From Gemmatimonadota bacterium (GTDB lineage: Bacteria; Latescibacterota; UBA2968; UBA8231), in the NCBI GenBank assembly GCA_038128265.1, contig JAYPJE010000023.1:1-64000 (forward strand): 64,000 nt of DNA. The letters are read 5' to 3'. Both the position numbers and the translations under genes were made by a program. Below, in pieces: positions 1 to 10,146 of the stretch (positions within the stretch are counted from its first letter, which is position 1; each line of letters begins with the position of its first letter). The notes under the pieces were generated by a model. That model was not told the origin of the DNA. It searched no databases and saw nothing but the letters and a program-made list of their open reading frames with translations.

Positions 1-120
1 GTGAATGCTCTACGGCCAAGGCATACGATCATTCAACATGCTCCATACAGAGTTTGTACACCAGACATTCGCCAATATTTGACCTTACCAATGGTGAAAC
101 ACGGGCGCGGAGCGCATCCA

Positions 121-1011
121 ATGATTACAGACGAGCAGCTAGCCCAATATGAAACGCAGGGAGCGGTCACCATCGACAGTCCCTTTTCCGAGGCCGAACT
201 CGACCGCGCCGAAGCGGCCTGGGACCGGCTCAAAGCGAGCGGCGACCCGCCCTATACCGACCCCGACTACGTCGATGTGATCCAGCATCCCTATTTCGAG
301 GAAGTCGCCCAAAAAGTCCTACGCGCACAGGCCGTGCACCTGTGGTGGGGCCTAGATCCGCACGAGCGCGGCCCCTCCGAGCCACCCTATGCCGACTACG
401 GCGAGCAGTGGGCGCGCGGCTGCCACGTCGATATACAGGCGACCTGGGAAGATTTCACCGCGACGCCGCGGCGGATGCGCGCCGAGCTGTGGTTCTGGCT
501 CAATGACGTGCCGGTAGACCGAGGTGCCATGCGGATTCTACCCGGCAGTCATCGCCCAATTATGGAGCATTGGAGTCGCGTGCTGACGCCAGAGCATAAA
601 GCACAGCTGCCGCGCGTGCACGGCTTGCAGCCACCTCCTGTGCCCGAAGGGCAAGTCGCCTATCCCGAGTACGTGCCCAATCTGGAGGAAACGCCCTGGA
701 TTGAGCACAAACCAACCCCTTTTACAGCCCAACGCGGACAGATCCTGATTCTATGCAGCGCCGGTTTGCACTCTGCCTGGCAAAACGAAGACGACGTCCC
801 ACGCAAAGCCATGGGCACTGCGTGGATTGCCTCCGGCGTCTCCTGCGGCTTGCCCAAGAGGCAGCGCGATGGCGTGATAGCGTTTTTCCCGCAGCTCAAA
901 CAAAGGCTCCGCCCGGAACGCACCCACATCGTACCCGAAGATTTCACCTGGCTACACGAGAGCGACTACGAACCCAAGTGGCCCGAAACATTCCTGCCCG
1001 AAACGGAGTAA
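121..1011 (+). CDS. Phytanoyl-CoA dioxygenase (PhyH)-like Fe(II)/2OG dioxygenase
   Basis: MITDEQLAQYETQG N-terminus, HVD triad, GAMRILPGSH, distal GLH; GGAG RBS precedes ATG 121 (ORF track start at 1 is probably too long). Confidence 0.85.
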   Translation: MITDEQLAQYETQGAVTIDSPFSEAELDRAEAAWDRLKASGDPPYTDPDYVDVIQHPYFEEVAQKVLRAQAVHLWWGLDPHERGPSEPPYADYGEQWARGCHVDIQATWEDFTATPRRMRAELWFWLNDVPVDRGAMRILPGSHRPIMEHWSRVLTPEHKAQLPRVHGLQPPPVPEGQVAYPEYVPNLEETPWIEHKPTPFTAQRGQILILCSAGLHSAWQNEDDVPRKAMGTAWIASGVSCGLPKRQRDGVIAFFPQLKQRLRPERTHIVPEDFTWLHESDYEPKWPETFLPETE

Positions 1012-1048
1012 GCGCCTCAATATTTTTGGCACTAATTAAGTGCCGCAC

Positions 1049-1354
1049 TCAGTATGAATGTTGGACATTGTAGCGATGTATGGTAACCGGCCCATCGCAA
1101 TATTCGTCCCATTCTTCTTGAATCTTCTTATGCACCTCGCTGTCGTGCCAAATTTCCCACACCCGCTGTTCGTGAGCCAAGTCGTCGAATGTATGGCGAA
1201 TTATCAACACACTATTTTCCCCATCCATTCTATTTAGCGCGACACCGTTTTCAAAACCTTCACATCCGCTCAGCGACAACAGGCCCTTCCACCATTCACA
1301 GGTACGTTCGATATTCCCATTTTTTGGACACATTATCCCTTCCCAAACGTGCAT
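1049..1354 (-). CDS. Small hypothetical protein, possibly NIPSNAP/dimeric alpha-beta barrel-like
   Basis: 101-aa ORF with AAGGAG RBS; pattern 'IIRHTFDDLAHEQRVWEIW' is reminiscent of NIPSNAP; AT-rich. Confidence 0.6.
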   Translation of the reverse strand: MHVWEGIMCPKNGNIERTCEWWKGLLSLSGCEGFENGVALNRMDGENSVLIIRHTFDDLAHEQRVWEIWHDSEVHKKIQEEWDEYCDGPVTIHRYNVQHSY

Positions 1355-1837
1355 GATTACAGCTCCTTTCTCATGGCTATATCTTTTTGGCTACTCTTAC
1401 TATGTCTCTCTACACGGCAGCTGTCTGCACTGAAGCACTACCCCCTTTGACAACGCCGGATCTAAACCCGCAGACATCATTCGAATTCTTCGTAGCGCAT
1501 TGTGCACACCATTTTCACCTGTTCAAATGCCTTTTTTGCAGCCTCGCTAAACTCAGAGGTCTGTTGGTCCGAGCTGAATATCGATTAAGCCTCCCATGGC
1601 AAAAGAGAAACAGCTGCCGTCTTCGCTATAAGCTTAATGACTGATAGGAGGCAAACACCTAAATTCCGTTGAGTTTTTATTCAAAACTCAATAAATCACG
1701 CCTCGGTTCTCCCATTCTCTCACTCGCATCTGTTTGCTCTCGCATGTGCCCTATGCTACTTTGTCCTGTGATCGAGCGCGCTCGTAAGTAGACTGCGCTC
1801 CAACACGTATATCGACCTCTCAACGGGAGTATTTCCC

Positions 1838-2206
1838 ATGCTACATCGCCTCGTATTTCTCGGCTTTCTAGCCTTTGCTGCCTGCGGCGATGACGAAGTC
1901 GTCGGCCCCGCGCGCGATCTGGTTGGCACGTGGGAAATGGTCTCCGAATCATCGGGCAGTTTCGATTTAGAGAACTTTTCCGTTACGCTGACTTTCAAGA
2001 AATCGGGTAAGCTCAGTGGCCTATTTGACGCCGGCGGCCTCTCCACGCCCGTAGAAGGCGATTGGTATATCAGCAATGGCTATTTGGTGATGGAAATTAA
2101 TATCGCTGGGGCAATTGATGTGACTACCTTCGAGTATTCGATCGACGGCGATACGCTCACGACGGTCAGTTCAGACGGCACGATCGAAGTCTACCAGCGA
2201 CAGTAA
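1838..2206 (+). CDS. Lipocalin-like domain lipoprotein
   Basis: Lipobox FAAC after a hydrophobic stretch, LVGTW motif, beta-rich; GGGAG RBS. Confidence 0.75.
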   Translation: MLHRLVFLGFLAFAACGDDEVVGPARDLVGTWEMVSESSGSFDLENFSVTLTFKKSGKLSGLFDAGGLSTPVEGDWYISNGYLVMEINIAGAIDVTTFEYSIDGDTLTTVSSDGTIEVYQRQ

Positions 2207-2251
2207 ATAGCCGCGTGGCATAATGGATTAGGACGATACGAGGGAATAGCG

Positions 2252-3226
2252 ATGAAAATTGGACTATGTGCTTGGAGCTTTACCGGCTCGCACAGAGAGG
2301 CGGGCCGCGCGATTGACCCCCACAGCCCCGAGGGCTTAGTACAACTAGCCAGCGAAAACGGATTGGCCAGCGTGGAGTTTGCCTCCCAGTCTCTTGCGGA
2401 GCGCAGCGACGACGAACTGGCCGCCCTGCGCGAAGCGCTAGGAAACATGGACCTCTTTCTCGACACGGGCGGCGCCCACTACGCCGAGGATATTTCCCCG
2501 CTGCGCGAAGCGATCGAAACGGCGCATCGCGCCGGCGCGCTGGCCGTGCGCACAACGATTAGCCGCATGCTCGAAGGCGACCGCCGCTCCCTCGGCGCCG
2601 AGGGCATGCGCGACTATCTGAGCGCGCTGGTCCAGCCCTTTAGGGAAGTCATGCCGCTGGCCGAAGAATACGGCATGCCGGTCGGCATTGAAAACCATCA
2701 GGACGTCTGCTCGTGGGAGCTGCTCGAACTGTGTGAGCGCGTCGGCAGCCCGCAGCTCGGCGTGACGATGGACGTGGCCAACGCGCTGGCTGTCGGCGAG
2801 ACGCCCGCCGCCTTTGCCCAGCGCGTCATGCCCATCCTCAAACACGTGCACTTTAAAGACTACACGATCCATCCGACGCCGTCCGGCTTCCGCCTCAAGC
2901 GCTGTGCGCTGGGCACCGGCGTCGTCGACTGGCCGCAGATGGTCGCCCTCTTTGACGCGGGCGCGCCCGACGTGCAGGGTTGCATCGAACTGGGCGCCTC
3001 GCAGGCGCGCCACATTCGCATCCTCGAAAACGACTATTGGGCAACCTACGCGCCGCGGCCGCAGGACGAAGTGCTCAACGCCATTCGCACGCTACACGGA
3101 GCGGCGCGACCGGCCGACGAAGACTGGCGCACGCCGCACGAACGCGAAGAGAGCGCCGACGCACGCGCCGACTACGAGCTCGACCAGTTCGCGCGCTCGG
3201 TCACCTACATCAAAGAAAACCTATGA
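2252..3226 (+). CDS. Sugar phosphate isomerase/epimerase (AP-endonuclease-2 TIM barrel)
   Basis: IENHQD, MDVAN, HVHFKD and GTGVVDW motifs. Confidence 0.85.
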   Translation: MKIGLCAWSFTGSHREAGRAIDPHSPEGLVQLASENGLASVEFASQSLAERSDDELAALREALGNMDLFLDTGGAHYAEDISPLREAIETAHRAGALAVRTTISRMLEGDRRSLGAEGMRDYLSALVQPFREVMPLAEEYGMPVGIENHQDVCSWELLELCERVGSPQLGVTMDVANALAVGETPAAFAQRVMPILKHVHFKDYTIHPTPSGFRLKRCALGTGVVDWPQMVALFDAGAPDVQGCIELGASQARHIRILENDYWATYAPRPQDEVLNAIRTLHGAARPADEDWRTPHEREESADARADYELDQFARSVTYIKENL

Positions 3227-3591
3227 GCGCGCCCTTCTTTGCCATCGGCAGCGCGCTAGCCCTGCTCTCTGTTGCAGCCGGCGCCTTTGGCGGCCACGTG
3301 CTCAAACAGCGCCTGACGACCGAGCTATTCGACATATTCGAAGTCGGTGCGCGCTACCACATGTACCACGCCCTCGGATTGCTCGCCGTCTCTTGGGCCT
3401 GCACTCAATGGCCCGGGTCGTTAACGACCGCCGCCGGCTGGCTCTTTGTCGCCGGCATCGTCTTCTTTTCTGGCAGCCTCTACGTGCTCAGCCTCAGCGG
3501 CGTGCGCTGGCTCGGCGCCGTCACCCCTTTGGGCGGCCTGTGCTTTATGGCCGGCTGGCTGTGCCTAGGGCTGGCGGCCTGGCGCAGCTAG
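3223..3591 (+). CDS. DUF423 family membrane protein
   Basis: GAFGGH, RYHMYHALG, FSGSLY and TPLGG motifs; ATGA overlap with upstream stop. Confidence 0.9.
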   Translation: MSAPFFAIGSALALLSVAAGAFGGHVLKQRLTTELFDIFEVGARYHMYHALGLLAVSWACTQWPGSLTTAAGWLFVAGIVFFSGSLYVLSLSGVRWLGAVTPLGGLCFMAGWLCLGLAAWRS

Positions 3592-4802
3592 TCTTTCTCG
3601 CCGCGAAAGAGCGCGCTAAAAACTAGGGCGAAAAGCAAGGAGGCCAGCGCCGGGATGAGAAAGATCCACGTCCAAGCCTGGGCACCTGCCGTGAGGATAA
3701 AGTAGTCGTAGACCCGCCCGGCCAGCACATGTCCGCACAGCGGCCCTACCCCGCGCAGCACCAACACCAATAGCCCCTGCGCCTGGGCGCGCATATCGGG
3801 CGGACTCAGGCGTTCAATGGCCACCATCGACGCGACGATAAAACAGACGATGTAGAGCGCGTTGAGCCCTTGGGCAACGACGAGCAGCCACAGCGGTTCG
3901 CCCCACGCCAAAACGCCGGCGCGCACGCCCTGTGCCACCACGCCCAGTAAGATCACCCTCTTTATTCCCAAGCGCGCAATCCACGCGCCCAAGAACGGCA
4001 TGATGGGAATTTCCAACAGCTGGCCCAAACTCAGCACCCAGCTGGCCGTGCTCGGCGCCAGTCCCGGTCCGCGCAGCGCATCTGTGAAAAAAATAAAGGA
4101 GAAGTTTTGCGAGAATGGGCTCAGCGCCGCCACGCAGAACGTCGTCGCCATCAGCACGGCTACGTCGCGCTGGCGCAGCAGCACAAAGGCTTCCAAGAAC
4201 GCTAGCGGCGAACGGGTCCGGCGCACCGGCGGCGTGGCGGGCAGGAAGAAGCAGTAAACGCCCATCAGCAGCGAGAGACCTGCGGCAATCAGCAGTCCGT
4301 CCCCCAGGTGGCTGGCAGCCGGATCCCACCCTTCCCACAGGCGCAAGTACAGGCTCAGCGCCCAGCTAATGCTCACCCAGCCGATGCTGCCCCACACGCG
4401 CACGCGACCAAAGCGCTCAGAATTGCCCAGGTGACGAAAGGCAATGGCGTTGGTCACCGCCGCCGTTGGCATGTGCACCAGCGCAAAGCCAAAGAGCACC
4501 AGCCACAGCCAACCGAACTCGGTCTGCTGCCAGGCCAGCCACAGCAGCGGCGCACACAGCAGATAGCAGAGCCCGGCAAAGACCTGACCTGGCAAAAAGC
4601 GATCGGCCAACCAGCCGCCAAGCAGGGGCGAGAGGATCGCACCCAGCGACCCCGTAGCGGCCACGTAGCTAATCTGCTCGCCGGAAAAACCCAGCGCGTG
4701 CATATGCCCCGACAGCAGCACCACCTGCGCACCCCAAACGAGGTTCTGCACAAAATACATCGCCGCTAAGCGCTTGCTCGGCGGTCGTTCTACCTCTTCC
4801 AC
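3588..4802 (-). CDS. MFS transporter (nucleoside:H+ symporter-like)
   Basis: About 12 hydrophobic segments, GWLADRF, RVWGSIGW. Confidence 0.85.
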   Translation of the reverse strand: MEEVERPPSKRLAAMYFVQNLVWGAQVVLLSGHMHALGFSGEQISYVAATGSLGAILSPLLGGWLADRFLPGQVFAGLCYLLCAPLLWLAWQQTEFGWLWLVLFGFALVHMPTAAVTNAIAFRHLGNSERFGRVRVWGSIGWVSISWALSLYLRLWEGWDPAASHLGDGLLIAAGLSLLMGVYCFFLPATPPVRRTRSPLAFLEAFVLLRQRDVAVLMATTFCVAALSPFSQNFSFIFFTDALRGPGLAPSTASWVLSLGQLLEIPIMPFLGAWIARLGIKRVILLGVVAQGVRAGVLAWGEPLWLLVVAQGLNALYIVCFIVASMVAIERLSPPDMRAQAQGLLVLVLRGVGPLCGHVLAGRVYDYFILTAGAQAWTWIFLIPALASLLFALVFSALFRGEKD

Positions 4803-4913
4803 ATAGCCTCAATTGACGCACTCCGGCGTCCGTCCCATGTTAAGGCGAGCACAGACCAAACGCCCCCCATATCCCGCGCTCTAAACTTCAAGCGGCTACC
4901 CAACGAGGTCAAT

Positions 4914-6416
4914 ATGAGCCAACGTCCGAACATCCTCTTTATCATGTCCGATCAGATGGTCGCCGCGCTGACCGGCGCCTATGGCCACCCCGTCGTGCAT
5001 ACTCCCCACCTCAATCGCCTGGCCGAAGAAGGCGTGCGCTTTGACTCGGCCTATACACCTTTTCCCCTGTGCTCACCGGGCCGCGCCTGCATTATGACGG
5101 GTCGCCATGCCTCGGCCATTGGCGCATGGGACAACGGCGCGCTGCTGGCGGCCGACCAGCCCACCTTTGCCGACTATCTGAGCAGAGCCGACTACGATAC
5201 CGTGCTGTCGGGCAAGATGCACTTTGTTGGCCCGGAGCAACAGCACGGCTTTCGCATGCGCCTGACTACGGATATTTACTCTTCGGATTTTAGCTGGGTC
5301 AAAGACGAGTGGATCGCCATCAAAGAGACAAAGGGCGAACGCTGCGAAGAGGTCATGGGGCAGCGCAGGAGCTACAACGCCGCCGCCTACGACGATCAGT
5401 GCGTCAAAATAGACCAGTGGCATAATTGTTTGGCCTACGACGAAGAGACCCACTACCGCGCCGTCGAGTATTTGCGCGCGCAGGGCCGCCGCCGCGACCG
5501 GCCCTTTCTGCTCTGCGCCTCCTACCACCATCCGCACGAGCCGTTCTGGCCGCCGCAGGCCGATTGGGATCGCTACGAAGGCGCGCAGATTGACCTGCCC
5601 GAGTTCCCGGCCAACTTGGATGACACCTACTCGCAGATGGACAAAAACCTCAACGCCTATCACGGCACGCGGCGCCACAACCTGCGCAGCGAAGAGGGGC
5701 TCTACCGCCTGCGCCGCGCCTATTACGCGCTGGTCACCTATATGGATCGCAAGGTAGGGGAATTGATGCAGACGCTGGAGCAATCGGGCCTGCTCGACAA
5801 CACCGTCGTAGTCTTTTGCTCCGACCACGGCGATATGCTGTGCGAGAGGGAAATGGTGCAGAAACGCGGCTTTTACGAGTGGTCCTGCCGCGTGCCGCTG
5901 ATTGCGCGCTTTCCCGACGGATGGAAGGCGGGTACTATCTGCGATACGCCGGTCAACCTGATCGACCTAGTGCCGACCTTTTGCGAATTGGCCGGCGCCG
6001 ACGATCTGCTGCCGCACGACGGCCACAGCCTGCTGCCGATTATCGACGGCGCCGATGCGGATCGGGCCATTTTCGCACAGGCGCACGAGGCGGTGGGCAT
6101 GCCCTGCGTAATGGTGCGCCAAGCATCGTACAAATACACCTACATCCACGGCTACGGGGGCCAGCTATTCGACCTGCAGAACGATCCCGGTGAATGGAAT
6201 AATTTGTGCGGAATGGCCGAGCACGCATCCGTTGAAGAGCGCCTGCGCGGGCTCGTATTGGCGCACTTCGACCCCGAAAAGATGGCCGCCGACAATCTGG
6301 CCAGTCTCTATCGCCGCCGCCTGATTGCCCAAGTCATGGCAGACCAGGGACGCACTTGGTGTCACCATCCCCAATACGATTTCAGGAAGGGCGCATCCGA
6401 CCAGTATTTTGCGTAG
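4914..6416 (+). CDS. Sulfatase (choline-sulfatase-like)
   Basis: RPNILFIMSDQ, CSPGR (CxPxR), GKMHF, SDHGDM. Confidence 0.9.
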   Translation: MSQRPNILFIMSDQMVAALTGAYGHPVVHTPHLNRLAEEGVRFDSAYTPFPLCSPGRACIMTGRHASAIGAWDNGALLAADQPTFADYLSRADYDTVLSGKMHFVGPEQQHGFRMRLTTDIYSSDFSWVKDEWIAIKETKGERCEEVMGQRRSYNAAAYDDQCVKIDQWHNCLAYDEETHYRAVEYLRAQGRRRDRPFLLCASYHHPHEPFWPPQADWDRYEGAQIDLPEFPANLDDTYSQMDKNLNAYHGTRRHNLRSEEGLYRLRRAYYALVTYMDRKVGELMQTLEQSGLLDNTVVVFCSDHGDMLCEREMVQKRGFYEWSCRVPLIARFPDGWKAGTICDTPVNLIDLVPTFCELAGADDLLPHDGHSLLPIIDGADADRAIFAQAHEAVGMPCVMVRQASYKYTYIHGYGGQLFDLQNDPGEWNNLCGMAEHASVEERLRGLVLAHFDPEKMAADNLASLYRRRLIAQVMADQGRTWCHHPQYDFRKGASDQYFA

Positions 6417-6421
6417 AACCG

Positions 6422-6453
6422 CAGCGGGGCGCGCCGCTTGGCACGCCCCGCTG
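6422..6453. terminator. GC-rich hairpin between convergent genes
   Basis: cagcggggcg ... cgccccgctg 10-bp inverted repeat. Confidence 0.55.
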
Positions 6454-6475
6454 GAAACGGCTGTCGCGTGTTGGC

Positions 6476-7492
6476 TTACGCGCCCTCTAACCCGGCCAAC
6501 TGACCCGTCGCTTCCAGCGCCACCACCCCGTTTTCCAAGGTGCCAATGCCGCCGGAAAAATGCAGGCGCATCACATCGCCCACCTGCACGCCATCGCTCA
6601 AATCCGCCTCGGCAAACACGATGGGCGTGCCCCAATAAAAGGCCATTAACGAACGCGCCTCGAGCGGTATGCGGCCAAAGAGATGGCGCTCCAGATGCAG
6701 CAAGCTGTCGGGCATATTGAGGTTGTTCTGACCGGTCTTGCCCTCCTTAAAACCGACGCGCTCACCGTTGCGCACAATCTCGCAGGACACCGTCACATCG
6801 CCGTCGTCGTACTCGTCGGCCGTCACGAGCAGCGGACCCAGCGAGGCACAGCCACCGCCCCAGTTTTTGGCCTGCGGAAGGTTGAGTGGGTTGTCGGCTT
6901 CAATGCCGTTGTCCGTCACGTCGTTGCCACCCGTATAGCCCAATCGCTCGAGCCGTCCTCTCCTATTTACGCCATAGACGCTGACTAGCTCTGTCTCTGG
7001 CACCAAACGCACCGTATCAGTTGGACGGGTGACCGCCTGTCCGTGGCCGCGCACGGTGTCGGGCTCGCCTTTGGAAAAGAGCTCCGGCCGGCCGCCGCTC
7101 GACACCTCTCTATACTTTTGATCGTAGACGTTGACGGCCGCACCGGTAGCCTGCTGCGCCTCAATCTCGCGCAGCTTGGCGCTCACCTCGTGCGTTACGC
7201 CGGCCAGCCACACTTTCAGCGCATGTGGATTGTCGACCGGACCGCTGATCGGCTTGGTCAGATGCACAGCCGACGCGTCGCGACTGTCGAGTAGCACCTG
7301 CAGGTTCAAGCGGCGCGCATCGCCGGCGGCCGCGCGCATCTTTTCTACCGCAGCCACCAGACCGATCTCATCGCCACCGCCATCGTAATAGACTTCATAG
7401 ATACCACCTACACCCAAGTCGATGACATCGTCGCCTTCAACCAGGCCTACGTGCTGGCCGTCCTGCGGATCGATAAATTGCAGTAGCTTCAT
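6476..7492 (-). CDS. Fumarylacetoacetate hydrolase family protein
   Basis: WLAGVT, RPELFSK, VPETEL, GYTGGNDVT, NPLNLPQAK motifs. Confidence 0.8.
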   Translation of the reverse strand: MKLLQFIDPQDGQHVGLVEGDDVIDLGVGGIYEVYYDGGGDEIGLVAAVEKMRAAAGDARRLNLQVLLDSRDASAVHLTKPISGPVDNPHALKVWLAGVTHEVSAKLREIEAQQATGAAVNVYDQKYREVSSGGRPELFSKGEPDTVRGHGQAVTRPTDTVRLVPETELVSVYGVNRRGRLERLGYTGGNDVTDNGIEADNPLNLPQAKNWGGGCASLGPLLVTADEYDDGDVTVSCEIVRNGERVGFKEGKTGQNNLNMPDSLLHLERHLFGRIPLEARSLMAFYWGTPIVFAEADLSDGVQVGDVMRLHFSGGIGTLENGVVALEATGQLAGLEGA

Positions 7493-7531
7493 AATTTCTC
7501 CCCCAAATAGTCAACGTCAAATAGGATCAGG

Positions 7532-8362
7532 CTAGGCGACAAAGAGCGGCTGTGTCGATGCACTGACCAGGCCCGCTCTTTCGGCGCGCTCCATTAAATC
7601 GGAGATCGCCGCTTCGCCATCGCGCCCGTAGTCGAGCGTATACTCATTAACGTAGAGCGCAATATGCGCCTGCATGACCTCTTCGTCCATCTCCTGGGCG
7701 TGGGCGCGAATGTAATCGCGCACGGCGTCGGGATGGGCGTGGGCGTATTCGACGCTGGCGCGCAGGGCGCTATCAAATGCCTCGATGCGCTCGCGCCCCA
7801 GCGCGCGCCGCGCCAAGATGCCGCCCAGCGGAATGGGATGGCCGGTGCTCTCTTCCCACCATTCGCCCAGATCGATCACCTTGTGCAGGCCGTGCTGCGG
7901 ATAGGTGAAACGGCTCTCGTGAATGATCAGTCCGGCGTCGACGCGCCCCGCTTCGGCCGCCCGCATAATTTCGTGAAAGGGCATGACGACTAGGTCTCTG
8001 ATCTCCGGGTCAAAGAGCTGCAGCAGCAGCGCAGCGGTCGTCATTTTACCGGGGATCGCAATGCGCTTACCGCGCAGGCCGTCGGGCGCGATCGCTTCGC
8101 GCGCCACTACCAGCGGTCCGCATCCGCGCCCCAGCGCACCACCGGCGTGCAGCAGACAGTAGGACTCGCGCAGATGCGCCAGCGCGTGAAAAGAGATTTT
8201 CGTCGCGTCGAGCTGGCCGCCAAACGCCATGCTATTAAGCGTCTCGATATCCTCGAGCACCTCGCGCACGGCCGGTGCCCCCTGTAGGCGTTCGTGCACC
8301 AGCGCGTAAAAGATGAAGGTGTCGTTTGGACAGGGTGAATATCCCAAAGAGAGTGGCTGCAT
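7532..8362 (-). CDS. mqnD: 1,4-dihydroxy-6-naphthoate synthase
   Basis: LGYSPCPNDTFIF, GALGRGCGP, IIHESRFTY, HIALYVN; adjacent to mqnB. Confidence 0.95.
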   Translation of the reverse strand: MQPLSLGYSPCPNDTFIFYALVHERLQGAPAVREVLEDIETLNSMAFGGQLDATKISFHALAHLRESYCLLHAGGALGRGCGPLVVAREAIAPDGLRGKRIAIPGKMTTAALLLQLFDPEIRDLVVMPFHEIMRAAEAGRVDAGLIIHESRFTYPQHGLHKVIDLGEWWEESTGHPIPLGGILARRALGRERIEAFDSALRASVEYAHAHPDAVRDYIRAHAQEMDEEVMQAHIALYVNEYTLDYGRDGEAAISDLMERAERAGLVSASTQPLFVA

Positions 8363-8369
8363 ATCCGCT

Positions 8370-9104
8370 TCAGTCTCCGCTTGCGTCCAGTAAGAACAGC
8401 ACCGCCTCCTGCGCGCGACTGCAGGCCAGCGGCAGTTCCCAGGCGTCGCGATCGCGCCGTGCAGCAATATTGCTAATAGCCCGCACCTCGACAAAGTCTA
8501 CGCCATAGAGTGCGCATAAGTGGGCGGCGGCCGCACCTTCCATATTTTCGCACAGCGCCCCGAAGCGCTGGCCGCGCTCGCGTCCCACTTCGTCGGTTCC
8601 CGTGCACTCCTGCACCGTTACAAATGGACCGGCCTCGGCGCGCCAAATACGGCTCAACTGCACCGCCATGCGCTCGGCACGCACCGCGTCGAGAGCAAAG
8701 CGGTTAAAGCAGTCGTACGCACCAGACTCAGCCGCGCGCAGGAGCGGTATCCCAATAGCCTCCACGCCTTGCCAGCCATCGTCTGTGCGCACGCCGACGT
8801 CGCCATAGTGCTCTTCGCTGGCCACGGCTAAGTCGCCTGGCACCAACCCGCTCTGCGCATAGGCACCGCCCACGCCAATTTGCCACACCTCGCTCGGCGC
8901 GTGCGCCTGCAGCACACAGGTCAGCGCATGGGCGCAGTTAACCGCTCCCATACCCGTCTCGACCAGCAGCACCGAATGCGCGCCCAATTGGCCGGCGCAC
9001 CAAGAACGCCCGGCGACCTCGGTGTGCACCGGCGCTTTCAGCGCGGCGCGCAGCGCATCCTGCTCAAAGGCCGTCGCCGTCAGAATGGCTCGATCCGCAT
9101 TCAT
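8370..9104 (-). CDS. mqnB: Futalosine hydrolase
   Basis: PNP/UDP phosphorylase fold: GVGGAY, ENMEGAA, RAISN..RDRDAW; upstream of mqnD. Confidence 0.9.
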   Translation of the reverse strand: MNADRAILTATAFEQDALRAALKAPVHTEVAGRSWCAGQLGAHSVLLVETGMGAVNCAHALTCVLQAHAPSEVWQIGVGGAYAQSGLVPGDLAVASEEHYGDVGVRTDDGWQGVEAIGIPLLRAAESGAYDCFNRFALDAVRAERMAVQLSRIWRAEAGPFVTVQECTGTDEVGRERGQRFGALCENMEGAAAAHLCALYGVDFVEVRAISNIAARRDRDAWELPLACSRAQEAVLFLLDASGD

Positions 9105-9112
9105 TGCGCGTA

Positions 9113-9144
9113 TAAAAAACGGCCGGAGCGCACGTCTCCGGCCG
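9113..9144 (-). terminator. Intrinsic terminator after the dehydrogenase gene
   Basis: On the minus strand: cggccggag-loop-ctccggccg followed by tttttt. Confidence 0.6.
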
Positions 9145-9171
9145 CCGAGCACATTCGATGGGATGCCATGC

Positions 9172-10146
9172 CTAAAATTCCAGTACGACCTTCAGCGCCT
9201 CTTCGGCGACCGGCTTGTCGACGGCCAGTTCAAAGCCGCGCTGAATTTCGGCAAAGGGCAGCACGTGCGAGACCAGCGGGCTCACGTCGAGGCGCTCCTG
9301 CACGATCCAGTCGAGCGCCAGCGCATAGTCGGCATAGGGATGGTCGCCGTAGTTGACAGAGAGAACGAGTTTGAGCTCGCGTCGCTGCATCTCCATCATC
9401 GGCAGTTTGATAACGCCCTCGTGGTTTTCCTTGTCGGGCACGCCAAAGCACACGATCGTAGAGAAGCGGTGGGTCAGGTCGAGGCACTGACCGTACGTAT
9501 CTTCGCCGCCGACGACTTCAATTACCACGTCGGCCATAGCGCCGTCGGTTATATCGCGCACTGCTTCTACGACGTCGACGCTATCCGGATCTACCGTATG
9601 CGTGGCACCCATCTGGCGCGATACGGCCAGGCGGTATTCGAGTGGGTCGACGGCAATGATTTGTTTAGCACCGAGGTTGCGCAGCACGCCGGTAAAGAGC
9701 TGACCGGCCGGACCCTGCCCGAGCACGACGACCTTTTGGTCGAGCAAGTTGCCCAGCTTGCGAAAGCAGCGCAGCACCGTGCCGAGTAGCTGACTCATCA
9801 GCACCCTTTCGCGCGGCTGGTCCATTGGCAATAGCAGTAACCCGCTGTCGCGCGTCGGCACGTATTCCTGAAACAGACCGCGTTCGCGATCAAAGCCCCA
9901 TAGCAGCACGCGCGCTCCTTCGGCGTAAGTCCCGCTCTCGCACTCTTCGACAATGCCGATGCCCTCGTGCCCCGATCCACCCGGCAGCAGGGGATATTCC
10001 GGGCACACGCCGCAATAGTCTGGAAAGTCGCTGCCGCAAATGGCCACCTGCTCCATGCGCACCAGCATTTGCCCTGCGCCGGCCCGCGGCTTGTCTAGCT
10101 CCAGCACTTCCCATTGGAGAGGTGCTTTTACGCGCGCTCCCTTCAT
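9172..10146 (-). CDS. Zinc-binding (MDR) dehydrogenase
   Basis: ICGSD, GHEG, GQGPAG; lacks the 4-Cys structural Zn loop. Confidence 0.85.
   Translation of the reverse strand: MKGARVKAPLQWEVLELDKPRAGAGQMLVRMEQVAICGSDFPDYCGVCPEYPLLPGGSGHEGIGIVEECESGTYAEGARVLLWGFDRERGLFQEYVPTRDSGLLLLPMDQPRERVLMSQLLGTVLRCFRKLGNLLDQKVVVLGQGPAGQLFTGVLRNLGAKQIIAVDPLEYRLAVSRQMGATHTVDPDSVDVVEAVRDITDGAMADVVIEVVGGEDTYGQCLDLTHRFSTIVCFGVPDKENHEGVIKLPMMEMQRRELKLVLSVNYGDHPYADYALALDWIVQERLDVSPLVSHVLPFAEIQRGFELAVDKPVAEEALKVVLEF

Noticed and set aside
1387..1644. 85-aa plus-strand ORF
   Set aside because: TTG start, no RBS, unconvincing composition
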